Positions 51,095 to 62,730 of a stretch of DNA of 64,000 nt are shown in pieces (within the stretch, counting starts at the first letter, position 1; the number at the start of each line of letters is the position of its first letter). The notes beneath the pieces were generated by a model. That model was given only the letters and a program-made list of their open reading frames with translations. It had not been told where the DNA came from and ran no database searches. Both the position numbers and the translations under genes were made by a program. Origin of the DNA: Lama glama (Eukaryota). The stretch is from positions 22,692,001-22,756,000 of the forward strand of contig CM052847.1 in the NCBI GenBank assembly GCA_028534125.1, given 5' to 3'.

Positions 51095-52050
51095 ATTCTT
51101 TATTTGTTGTGTTTGTTTATTGTACTAAAATATACATAATATAAAGTTTACCATCGTAACCATCTTCCAGAGTACAGGCCTGCGGCAGTAACCACGTTCA
51201 CCCTCTTGTGCGACCGTCACCACCCTCCACCTCCAGAACCGTCATCATCTCGAACTGGAACTCTTCCCCATTAGTACTAAGTCCCCATTCTCCCTCCCCC
51301 AGCCCCCGCTGGCCGCAGTTCCGCTCATCCCCCTCCCCCAGCCCCTGCTGACCGCTGTTCCACGTTCTGTGTTGATGAACTTGGTCACTCAGGAACCTCA
51401 GATAAGTGGAATCCCACAGTATTTCCCTTAGAGCCAAGTCTCTTCACTGAGCGGAATGTCCCCGCGGTTCCTCCATGGTGCTCGGGGCAGAAGCGCGTTC
51501 TGGGTGGAGGCTGAACGACGTTCCGTGGGACGGGGGGACGGCCTTCTTGCCCGTTGCCCAGCAGTAGACGCTTGGCTCGTTTCCGTGTGTTGGCTGCTGT
51601 GAACTGAGCTGCACGAGTTTCCGCTCAAGTCCCTGCTGTCAGTTCTTTGGGGCTTTTCCGCAGAAGCAGAATTTCTGAATCAAATTCTGTTTTAACTTTT
51701 TGAAGAGCTGTCACACTGTGTTCACAACAGCGGCGCTGACTTAACGCTCCCATCAGAAACTCACAAAGCTTCCTATTTTCCACATCCTCACCAATATGAC
51801 CGTTTTCTGGTTCAGGGTTTATTTGTCTGTTTTTAATAATCGCCATCCTGATGGGTGTGCGGCGGTATCTCACTGCGATTTTTATTCGCACTTCCCCGAC
51901 AATTAGCAGCATTGAACGTCTTTTTACAGGCTTATTGGCTATTTGTATACTTTCCGTGGAGAAATACCTGTTCCAGTCCTGTGCCCACGTTTTGAATTGT
52001 CCTCCGTTGATGCTTGTGACTTGCAGGCATCTCTCTGTGTTCTGGGTCTA
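51095..52050 (-). mobile_element. Old L1 (L1MB-like) 3' UTR plus ORF2 end, with an internal ~38-bp tandem duplication near 51284-51361
   Basis: aaaatatacataatataaagtttaccatc...ccacctccagaac...gataagtggaatc...tttccacatcctcaccaa...gccatcctgatgggtgtgcggcggtatctcactg. The ORF 51625-51912 (IKIAVRYRRTPIRMAIIK) is a degenerate ORF2 C-terminus. Confidence 0.88.
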
Positions 52051-52514
52051 GTCTTCCCCAGAGACTTCACGCTAACTGTCCTCCTTCCCTGAACCTTCTG
52101 GATTGCACCTGGGGCCTGCCCTTCGTAATACTTGCTTTTGTCCGTTTTCTGGCCCAGCTCCCCTGCCGCTGCCCTGACTGGCCCCTCTGCCTGCATCACC
52201 CCTGCGGGCTTGGCGAGCAGGGCGAGTCCCACTCACCAGGTCCCGTGGGAGGGAGGGTCCCTGCCTCAGTCTCGCTCCGGCCACACTGCCCCCCCACCAC
52301 CACCCCAACTCATCCCGTGGGGTCCACCTTCTGCCAGGGGGCCAGACCTCGAGGGCCACGCTCTGTCTCCCATCCATCACCCCCGGTGCCTAGAGGCGCA
52401 GGCACAGAGTGGGAACTAAGAAGGCCCAGAATGTCCGTGCGTTGCTCCCCAGCGAGACCCTACACGGGGCAGAATCTACACCTTCGTCACTTTGGTTCCT
52501 GCCAGTTTGGGTTG

Positions 52515-52864
52515 TGCCTCTGTTCACGGGGCCGCCATAGCACCGGAGCCCAGACCAGCAGACAAAGTCTACCCTCCCCCAGCCCTGGAGGCCAGAGGTC
52601 CGAGGTCGGGCGTCTGCAGGGCTGGTTCCTCCCCGGGCCTCGCTCCTGGTGTGTGGGTGCCGTCTCTCCTGTGTCCCCACAAGGGCGTCCCTGTGTGTCT
52701 GTGTCCTCGCCTTCTCCTGTAAGGACACCAGTCATACTAGATTCGGACCTATTTTAACTTGTAAGTGACCTCATTTTAACTGAATTATCTCTTTGAAGAC
52801 CCATCTCCAAGTACGCCTTCTGAGGGTCCGGGGTTAGGGCTTCCGCACAGCTCAGCCCAGAACA
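52515..52864 (-). mobile_element. MLT1B-like MaLR LTR
   Basis: ctggaggccagaggtccgaggtc...cagggctggttcct...tgtaaggacaccagtcata...gacctcattttaactgaattatctctttgaagaccc. Confidence 0.8.
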
Positions 52865-52964
52865 GGCGCCACCCCGAACTGCACACGAGTCCTGTGAGTT
52901 CTGTTTGGCCTAAGGTCAAGGCCGGTGACCTCAGACTAGTCCCATGACTTCGGTGTAAAGTTTG

Positions 52965-53075
52965 TCCTTCGTTTTTGTTATTGTGACATAATATGTTTTA
53001 TGTATTTCATACACACACAGACACTCAGCCGTTTTAACCGTTCCAAGCATGCAGTCAGTGGCGTTAAGTAGGTGT
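52965..53075 (-). mobile_element. L1 3'-terminal fragment
   Basis: ttattgtgacataat...ccgttttaaccgttccaagcatgcagtcagtggcgttaagta. Confidence 0.5.
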
Positions 53076-55859
53076 GACCTAAGTGTCCTCATGTTCACGT
53101 GGGAAGAGGAGATGAGACGCACCGACGTCGAATTCTGTTGTTGGAGGAGGATGTGTCCCACCCCCACTTCACGGCCCCGCGAACAGGAGACAGGCGCTGA
53201 GCCTGCGCCAACCAGCCTGCCTGTGTATGAGGTCGCATCTCCCGAGGGGGGGCGGTCTGAAAGGGCCAGGTGTCCCTGGCTTTCATCCCCGGTGTCCTGG
53301 GTGATCTGCCAGGGCCAAGATTCCAGCACGCCTGCCAACATCAGGACTCTTCCCAGTCCCCTGGGCCTGAGGGCAGGTGGCTGGCCTGGGTCCCCGTTTG
53401 CCTCCCAAACCTGCCCTGAACCCAGTGCCTGTGAGTGGGGTCCCAGCCGCTCCCCTGGGTCCTGCTGAAAGAAATGGGTTTGTACCCCCAGGTACAGCTG
53501 GAGTTCTGGCTGACCCCAGTAGGAGGGGTCCTTGTCCCACGTCGGAGGCGCGGAGACAGGACACCCCACACAGCGGAGCCCCCAGGCTGCGCTGACCAGC
53601 CAGCCTCTCACTCGGCATTGCCTCTTAGACCACTGTCCCCCGGGGACCCTCAGATTACAGCCCCTGTTCCTCTGAGGGTCTCACTTAGTGCCCGCGTGTC
53701 AGACAGCCCAGTGTGGGCTCGGGGCTCCCGGCCGGTGGACATGCCCACCATGTGTGGGGAAATCTTCCACACGACGCAGTGTGTGCTGTACAGGGATGTG
53801 ACATGTCCACAGGCTGGACCAGGCACCTTGTTACTCAAACAGGGACCTGGGAAAGCAGGGACCAGCCGCGGGAGAGGCTCTCCGCACCCTGCTCACGTCT
53901 GGGTGTCCAGCCCTCGGCTCCGAGTCTGAGTCGGCCAAGAGGCGAGAGTGGCACCTCAGCCCGAGGTTTACGGTCATCCCCTCCTGGGCTCAACTGCACT
54001 GTCCACGTAGTTCAGAGTTCTGCTGAGAAAAGGAGAATAATCACGTTAAATTAATGTGACATGCTTGGTACAACGTTGCACACAACTGGGATGACACGGG
54101 ACCAGCCAGGAGCCGACGCACCCAGAGCACAGACCCATTTGGGGCATCTTTGTGCCCCCAGAGCTTTACTCACAGGCTCGCAGAGTCTCCACCTCACACA
54201 CAGAACCAGACACACAACACGGTTTGCATGGCGTTCCAAGGCCCCCGCGGGCCATTCTAAAGTCCTCTGATATGGGGGCCTCCCCGCGACAGCCTCCAGA
54301 GCAGTGACCCCTCCCCGTGGATGGACAGTGCACACGCGCCTGCCCCAGGCTTCTGGGGAGAAGGCCCATCCTGTCTGAGACCTTCAAAGACATTTGTGGT
54401 CCCCCCAAAGTCCCAGGTTAGATCTAACCCAGCACACAGTGAACACACGGCCCCAGCCTGCATGTAAGTCTGAGCAGCAGAGCAGACGCTCCTTGAAACT
54501 TCGACGTCGTGCTCTCATCTAAAAAGGGAGGCCCAGGGGCGCTTCATCCTGGTCTCTGCGTGTTTACTTCGAAGGCGACGACCCGCGTACTTCCTGCTTC
54601 TCCTCGCTGCCCTCGGGAACGCCGTCCCGTGGTCAGGTAGTGGTCCTGCCCCGGGAAGGGCAGGAGCTGCGCTGGGCAGAGCAGGAAACCAGGCCGCCCC
54701 CTGGGGCCTGCAGCCGGTGGACAAAGAGGCGGCCTGTTCTGGGCCACGTGCTCCCAAGCGGCAATAAAAGCTGCTTTCGACTCCTGACCCGTGTGCTGGG
54801 GAAGCATTCTGGGGAGAATTACTATGATTTGCCCAAGATTACAACTCTTCAACGCCTGGGCAGCCCGATACTGTTATCCCTAATTGTTAGCTGTGGGCTG
54901 TGATTGTCTGCAGGGTGTGGGTGTAACATGGCCACACACAGCTGGGCCCCGGGGATGCAGCCTTTGCAGTCCCCGTCATGACAGTGGCTGAGTGCCCAGG
55001 AAGCTTCCAGTGGGCTCCATCCGGCAGACTCGGGGCGTGAAGGCCGCCGGGCTGAGCCAGGCGTTCCTCGCGCTGCACAAAATCCTCTGGGCAAACAGGA
55101 GTTCCAGCTGCCGATGGCCTTTCTGATCCGGTTGCCATGGGAACGCGGTCAGATGGAAGAGGATGAGGCAGGGAAGTTATAAAAAGAAGGCTGTCATTAA
55201 AACCCGCACCTCGTCTCCCCCAGTCTTGTGCGTTTCCATGGGAGCAGGAGCAGGATCCACCGCCAGGCGCAGCCCGGCCTCGGTCTCTGGGCTGTCAGGC
55301 AGCGTCCAGCCACCTCTGCAGAGCCTTAAATTTATCCCAAGTGTCAGACCCAGGAGTTTTATGAGGCCTTCACCACGCAGGACCCTGCAAACCGGCCAGG
55401 TTGGGCACGCAGCTGTCCCCCTGTGGTGGCCGCTGGGCCTCGGGTCCCTCCTGGGAGGGTCCTGCTCTCCGCGAGCACAGCCACACAGACAGGTGGCCGG
55501 GGCCCCTCCGGCCCCACTGCCCACGTGGCCGGTCTCTCCTCTGCTGCCCCTTGAACCTCGGCCCAGCCCGTCCTCGCCCCCACCGAACCCCCCGGGCGGT
55601 CTCTGTCTCTGAGCCCCCCGCCCCACACCAGAGGGAGTTTTACTTTCACAGAGGTTTCTCCTTCCTCCCTGGTGACAACTTCTCACCTTCGGAGCCCGTT
55701 TCTTCTGCTGGGGATGTGAAGTGCTTTCACTGGTTTCAGAGCAGCTGAGAATTTCCTCACAGTCATGTTTAACTGTCCTCAAGACGAATGCTTTTTCACC
55801 TGGATCTGGGAGGAAACAAAAATTCGTGTGTCAGAGTGAAAGCTCAGTGGGCATGATGT

Positions 55860-56235
55860 CAGTCTCAGGGAAAAAATTCTAGAAAAAATGTCACACAGAT
55901 TATTTGTGAGTACTTAGACAAAAAGAGATTGCAAAGATTTACTAAGACGAAGTTATGCTTGACTAATTTCTGGTAACTTCGTTACCCGCACACGGTAGTT
56001 GCCCAGGACGTTTGCCGAGCTCTGAGCCTGGACTGTTTTCGCTGAGGGCTAGGTGACGAAGTGTGTGTTGAATTATAGCGTAAATAAACCTGATTTGTAA
56101 TCACCTGAACGACCACAACCAGAGACCACTGCTTTGTTGGAATGACAACACCCAGAGCCTGCCGTTCCCCGGAAGAATGATGTCCAGCGGCGAGGTGCGG
56201 GGCGCTGTCCTTGGTCCTGTCTTACTCAGTGCTTC
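55860..56235 (+). mobile_element. CR1/L3 LINE reverse-transcriptase region relic
   Basis: aaaaattctagaa...atttgtgagtacttaga...atttactaagacgaagttatgcttgactaatt...gaacgaccacaaccagaga...ggggcgctgtccttggtcctgtctta is colinear with the recalled L3 consensus. Confidence 0.6.
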
Positions 56236-56900
56236 TAGGCGTGGAAATAGATCATAAATTCCTGCAGGCACAGCGGCCAGGAAGGCAGGCGTGGTGCAGC
56301 GGGTGGGAGGCCTGGAGCACAGGGCATCTCACCAGGCTGCTGCAATGTGCGAGACCAAGCAACATAAAGTTTAAAGAGAAGGCATCTTACTTTTACCTCC
56401 CCCCCGCCCCCCCCGCCCCCCACCGCCAAAACGGAAAAACAGAATAAGAACTAATAGTTTTCTTCCGATAATTGAGGATGTTTAGAAGTAGAAATCTGCG
56501 AGCCCTGTGGGGTTTCGGAAGGAGGACAGTGGGTGTATTTTCCAAAGATGTAAATTATGATAAGAAGAAGAAAGCCATTCGGGGAGAGCTCTGAGTGTGG
56601 AGTGAAACACTCTGTGGGATGGTGAATTCACATCCTTTTGAGGCTGAAACTATGCCTTTGGGATCGTTCTGCAGTCGGGTGCTCGGCTGCTAGGAAATGT
56701 GAGGCTGTCTTTATGGGTTCTCTTTTCTCTGGTTCTCAGAAGCAATTTCTACAATGGATTTGTATCTGTATTTACATCTAAAGATTATTTACACATAATC
56801 CACTATATGACATGAAATTTATGAAAAATGGGTGTTCTAGAGCTAGCAATGCCTGGAAGCATGTGTTTATGATAAACGGTGACTGTTACAAGTCTCCTTT

Positions 56901-56902
<2 letters not shown>

Positions 56903-56941
<39 letters not shown>
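56903..56941. repeat. (AC)19 microsatellite
   Basis: Perfect dinucleotide run. Confidence 0.97.
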
Positions 56942-56943
<2 letters not shown>

Positions 56944-57599
56944 CAAGGTAAATGAGATCCCTGCAGTTTGTGAAAGGAACGTTCATATCGGGGACGCCCT
57001 CAGTGCCCCTCTGGGCCGATCCGGGTGTTGGGTTGACGCTCTTCCTCCTGAGGATAAAGCTCTGTTAACGCAGCGTTAGCATCTGCAGTCACCTCTGTTC
57101 CTGTCGCTGGTTAGTCCTGCAGTTCCTGTGGTGGAGGGCAACGCATATTTGCACCAGCAGTATTTTGGCTTGTAACTTCCAGTCTCTAGACTTGGAAAGA
57201 CACATGCATTACAGCCCAAATATGAGTAATCAGTCACCCTTTTGATAAAGGAAAAAGCACGTGACTCCCTTCAAATGTGCTTGTATTGGAAACAGTTGTG
57301 GTTGTATCTGAGCCGCTTTGCTGCACACAAGCAGAAATGAGTTTGGTGGGTGGCTCAGGGTCCCTGCCCTGCTAAGCAGACTGTGCTGAGCAAGTTGGAG
57401 ACAGTGTCTGTGCATCAGGGAGAAGGCTTGCTACGTAACCTTGACGGGACCTTCCAGTGCCAAGTGTCCACGGCAGCATGGCGTCGCCTTGACAGGGTCC
57501 ACGCTGCTCAGGCTCACGTCCATGTGAAGTGCCTTAGCTTTGTCCAGACTACGCTGCTTGTCACTCCCCTGGCAAGTCCTGTCCATTCTCGTCTCCAGG

Positions 57600-58758
57600 T
57601 GTCATCACCATACTGTTTTAACTACTGTCACTTTGTGATATGTTTTGAAATCAGAATATGTGATGCCTCCGTATTTGTTCTTTCCTAAGAAAAAGAAAAT
57701 TGCTTTAGTTGTTTGAGGTCTCTTGTGTTTCTATATGAATTTTAGGATTTTTAAAAATTCTCTGTAAAAATGCCATTGCAATTTGATAGAGATTGCTCTA
57801 TCGATTAGGTAGTAAGGATATTTTAACAATGTTAAGTCTTTCCATCCGTGAACATGGAATATCTTTCCATTTATTCGTGTCTTATTTAATTTCTTTCATC
57901 AGTGATTTGCAGTATACAGGTCTTTTACATCCTTGGTTAAGTTCATTTCTAAGTGTTTTATTCTTTTTGACATAATGAGATTGGTTTTTTAATTTTCTTT
58001 TTTTGGCTAGTTCACTCTTAGTGTGCAGAAACTTAACAGATATCTGTATGTTGATTTTGTATCCTGCAATTTTACTAAATTTAATATTTTTAAGTTTTTT
58101 TCATAGAGTTTGGGGATTTCCTACATATAAGATCATGTTATCTGAAAACAGAGATACTTTTACATCTTCTCGTCCAGTTTGGACTCCTTTTGCTTCTTTC
58201 CCTTCCCTGATTGCTCTGGCTGGGACTTCCAGTACTGTGTTGAACAGCAGTGGCGAGAGTGGGCACCCTTGCCTTACTGCTGGTCTTAGAGAAAAAGCGT
58301 TCAGCTCTTCACCATTGAACACAAAGTTAGCAGAGGTCTTGTCATGCCTGACCTTTATTATGTTGAAATAAATCCCTTCTCTACCTAGTTTGTCGTGTTT
58401 TTATCGTGAACAGATGTTGACTCTGGTCTAACCCTTTTTCTGTGTCTGTTGAGATGACCCTCTGGTTTCTTTCCTTCGTTCTGTTAATATGATGTATCCC
58501 TTATTGACTCCGTTGAGCCATAGCTGCATCGCAGGGATAAATCCCACTTGACCTGGGTGTATGATCCTTTTACTGTGCTTTTGTGTTCAGTTTGCTAGCA
58601 TTTCATTGGGAATTTTTACACCTATATTCACTGGGGCATATTGGACTGTAGTTTCTTGTAGTGTCTTTGTCTGGCTTTGGTATTAGGATAATATTGACCT
58701 CAAAGAATTTCTTTGGAAGTGTTCCTTCTTCTTCATCAGTTTTTTGGAAGAGCTTAAG
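57600..58758 (-). mobile_element. L1 ORF2 reverse-transcriptase fragment (inactive)
   Basis: ORF 58101-58322 [31 protein letters not shown]...[14 protein letters not shown] contains L1 RT motifs. The catalytic FADD is mutated to FSDN and the frame is disrupted. Confidence 0.95.
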
Positions 58759-58940
58759 ATGTTTACTGCAGTATTATTCACAATAATCAAGGTACGGAAA
58801 CAACCTAAATGTCCACCGATGGGTAAATGGACAAAGAAAATGTGCCTATAGATATGACAGAATAGTATACAGCCTTTAAAAAGAAAAAACCATCGCCATA
58901 TGCGACAACAGAGATGCAGCTTGAGGACGTTGTGCTAAGT
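58759..58940 (+). mobile_element. L1 ORF2 3'-terminal fragment in opposite orientation
   Basis: atgtttactgcagtattattcacaataatcaagg...aaacaacctaaatgtcca...tgaggacgttgtgctaagt is the sense L1 ORF2 end. Confidence 0.85.
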
Positions 58941-59341
58941 CTGACTCTACTGTGATCATGGCAGGAGAGCTGCCGTCCCGCCGGGGCCCATATGTCCCCA
59001 GCCACGGTGTCCTGGTCAGACAGGCTGCTCCCAGTTCATGAAGCAGGACCCAGCACCATCAGAGCAGCCAGCCCCATGAGCTTGGTGTGCTCTGCTGCAG
59101 AGCTCGGAGTGGAGTAAAGGGAACAGCAGGAGGCGCTCCCACTCACCAGCACAAACATGCACTCTTGTTCCCAGAGCAGGGCGGCCACAGCTGTGCCAGG
59201 GATGCTCACGTGGGCCACTCTGAGCCTCCTGTGCCCCAGGAACAAAGCTGGCCAGTTAGGAGCCAGCGTGTGCTGGCTCTGCAGGGGCTGTTTCAGCGGT
59301 GGCTTTACTCCCACAGAAGGTGACGGGGCGCCTGTGAGTGT

Positions 59342-59455
59342 CACGTCCCCCTCTCTCATCCGGCATCTCGCTCAGGTGCCCGTGGTAGGAGCATGGAGCA
59401 CGTCCCCCTCTCTCATCCGGCATCTCGCTCAGGTGCCCGTGGTAGGAGCACGGAG
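59342..59455. repeat. 57-bp tandem duplication (2 copies, 1 mismatch)
   Basis: cacgtccccctctctcatccggcatctcgctcaggtgcccgtggtaggagca(t/c)ggag occurs twice. Confidence 0.95.
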
Positions 59456-59858
59456 GTTTCATGTTGATGCAGCCCAAACAGAAACACAGTTGCGACAGTT
59501 TCCAGCGTGCCTTCCAAGCTCAGTCTAATTTTCAAGGCCCCGAGAAGGACGAAGTCATTTCTTATAAAGCTGGCAGGCCTTAATTAGTTCTTGAAAACCT
59601 AACCACACATTTTTTTCTTATTCACTCAGAAAGATGCTTGCTTTGAAGAAGTGACAGAAGCTTGAAAACCAGTAATACCTTTTTATACAAATGCTCTCCC
59701 CAAGGCCTGAGTCTCTCCAATCGGAGCCAAGAGTTAAAGTGATAAGCATTTAAACTGTTAACGACAGACAGAGACGACAAACAGTATCATAACTTTTGTA
59801 CGGTGGATACAAACCAAGGGGGCGCTCCTGTTCTGGGAGACTGGACCGTGGGATGGCA

Positions 59859-60358
59859 NNNNNNNNNNNNNNNNNNNNNNNNNNNNNNNNNNNNNNNNNN
59901 NNNNNNNNNNNNNNNNNNNNNNNNNNNNNNNNNNNNNNNNNNNNNNNNNNNNNNNNNNNNNNNNNNNNNNNNNNNNNNNNNNNNNNNNNNNNNNNNNNNN
60001 NNNNNNNNNNNNNNNNNNNNNNNNNNNNNNNNNNNNNNNNNNNNNNNNNNNNNNNNNNNNNNNNNNNNNNNNNNNNNNNNNNNNNNNNNNNNNNNNNNNN
60101 NNNNNNNNNNNNNNNNNNNNNNNNNNNNNNNNNNNNNNNNNNNNNNNNNNNNNNNNNNNNNNNNNNNNNNNNNNNNNNNNNNNNNNNNNNNNNNNNNNNN
60201 NNNNNNNNNNNNNNNNNNNNNNNNNNNNNNNNNNNNNNNNNNNNNNNNNNNNNNNNNNNNNNNNNNNNNNNNNNNNNNNNNNNNNNNNNNNNNNNNNNNN
60301 NNNNNNNNNNNNNNNNNNNNNNNNNNNNNNNNNNNNNNNNNNNNNNNNNNNNNNNNNN
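59859..60358. other. Assembly gap, exactly 500 N
   Basis: Direct count. Confidence 0.99.
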
Positions 60359-60634
60359 GCACGCTGCGGAAGCTCAGACAGCGCCTGTGGGTCTGTTCCT
60401 CACTGTGAGATGCGTTCGTATTTATAAGCCGTCCACTCATCATGGTACATAAGTGCCACACTTACATCCACGCGCGCACAGGTGGTCTGTCCTCCGTCCC
60501 GTGGGCCTGTATCCCGGGCTGTAAGTCACTGCAGTCACCACGAGGCGTGGGTCGGGGTGCAGCCTGAGACGATGGCAGTGGCTTGGAGTCCGGCCGTCCA
60601 CCCCGGCTTCTGTGAAAGCTGTGATCACCTGTGC

Positions 60635-60934
60635 AGGGTGCTGTCCGCCCAGACTGTTCTAACAAAACACACACCCCGGGCGCCTTATAGACAGCAGACA
60701 CTGCGTCCTCTCCGTCCGGAGATGATGTCCAGGATCACGGCGCCAGGAGAGGCTGTGTCCTCACCTGGAGGAGGGGCGGGGGCTCTCTGGGGTCCCTTGC
60801 AAGGACACTAATCCCATGTGAGGCCCTGCCCTCATGACCTCATCACCTCCCAGAGGCCCCGCCTCTGACTCCATCACCCGTGGGTCAGGTTTCAACACAC
60901 GGATTTGGGGGACACAAACTCTCAGTCCATAGCA
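60635..60934 (-). mobile_element. MLT1A/MLT1A0-like MaLR LTR
   Basis: ggacactaatccca...ccctcatgacctcatcacctcccagaggcccc...gggggacacaaactctcagtccatagca; the end is the reverse complement of the TGCTATGGACTGA start. Confidence 0.85.
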
Positions 60935-62429
60935 CAGTATTTTACTTCCCCCTTACAGCCCCCATTTAGCGGGTTTTCTGGGGACATTGAGCCAACATGA
61001 AATATACACATGACGTGAGCACATCATCAGAGGGGCCGGCAGAGCCCGGGGGCAGCGCGGGTGATCTCCGAGGGGTCTCCTGGGGGGTCAGGGGCCGGCA
61101 GAGAGGACGGCACGTTTGCCGTGAAACGTGGGTCTGAAAACTGAACAGTTTTGCTTTGGAAAGTAGAATCTCGACGGCAAAATAATTATCAAAATAACTT
61201 CAAAATCATCCAAGCTGCTTCAAGGGAGAAACAGACTTAGAAATCGCCCTGTTGCTTAATTGGGACAATTATTTAAAGTCGATCAGAGGCCAGGGGTACA
61301 GGACAGACCCGCATCTTTAAAGAACCCCTCTTAAAAACCTACTTTTCCTCATCAGGGCAAATTTCTTTTAAAAAATTACATGCAGGGAGAGAATTAGATA
61401 AATTGCCCTTGAAATTTCTCCATTCTCATTTGGCGAGAGATAAATCCTGTGCTCCGCGCTGGAAGGATTATGGGTTGGTTCTCATTCCCTCGCCCTGGGA
61501 AGGCCTGTAATTACAGGGACCATATTTTCTGAACCAAACGCCAGGACAGCTGACCTGACAAGAACACGTGTATTTATAAAGACAATGGGGTGAGATATTT
61601 GAAATGGAAAAAGGCCCGTGAAAGCTGGAGCTGCCGTGAGCAGCTCTGACTCAGAAGTCCTCGGGCCTGGAGGCCTTCCTCATGGTGCCGTCCCTACAGC
61701 GTCTCTTTGTCGAGGCTGGAAGTGCAGAATGGTTGCCGAAGCGGTTTCTTCGTGGCGCCTTCGTGACACACGCAGACTCTGATTTTAAAGGAGCCGATTC
61801 AGTTGGTCAAGAATAACTCCTTTCCTCTGTCTTTGTAAAGATAATCGAAGCAATGGAATATATAATGTTCAAATTAGCACCTAAGTATGGCCGCAAAAGC
61901 TGTCGGCATACTGTATGCAAAATTACCTTTCTCACATTTGGTCCACCGGGTACTGGGTTCTCTCCCTTTCTAAGCGAATCTGATGTTACACTGTAAGAGC
62001 TGTGCGTTGAGGAGCCGTTGCGTGCGCTGCTAGGCAGTTCTTCGTTTCGCAGAGCTTTCTCCATGAGGTTCTCTTAGGTGGGTCTCCCAGTCACTGAAGG
62101 GTTTACAGATGGTCCTCAGCAGTGAGGGGAAGAAGGCAGGAGATGTAAGGGGGAACCTCCGCCAGAGGGGGCTCCTGATCAGGGCCAGGTCCCTGGGGCT
62201 GTGGAGTGCAGGCGGCAGGAGAAGATGGGGGATGTTCCAGGAAGGCAGATGAGCTGCCACTGTGTCCTTGCAAGGGGCCAGAATCATGGAGCAGAGGCGG
62301 CTCCTGTGGGGACTGGACAGGGCAGAATCGCTCAGACGTTCCTGGGAGGCGGGCTGTTTGCGGAGGGCAGTGGTCAGTGTTTGGGATGACACACTCAGCG
62401 AGCCCTCTGGCTTGCACAGGTCAGCACCA

Positions 62430-62730
62430 GCCTTGTAACGAGCATCCCCAGCAGCCCTCAGACAGCAGACGTTCACTGTCCTGGAGGCTGGACGTCCCAG
62501 GTCAGGGAGTTCGCAGGCTGCTTCCTCCCGAGGCCCCTTTCCTGGGTGTAGACACGTCTTCTCCCCATGTCCTCACATGGCCCCCCTGTGTCTGTGTCCT
62601 AACCCCCTCTTACAAGCACACCCACCAGTCTCATGGGTTCAGGCCGCCCATGTGCCTCTTCCTAACTTAATCACACCTTTAAAGGCCCTGTCTCCATGTA
62701 CATTCTGAGGTCCCGGGGTTGGACCTCCCA
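62430..62730 (-). mobile_element. MLT1B-like MaLR LTR
   Basis: cctggaggctggacgtcc...tgtcctcacatgg...taacttaatcacacctttaaaggccctgtctcca...cattctgaggtcc. Confidence 0.75.

Noticed and set aside
58101-58322. Active or domesticated reverse transcriptase
   Set aside because: Short L1 fragment with the catalytic FADD changed to FSDN and a broken frame.
59787-60461. ORFs over 200 aa spanning X residues
   Set aside because: Artefacts of the N gap.
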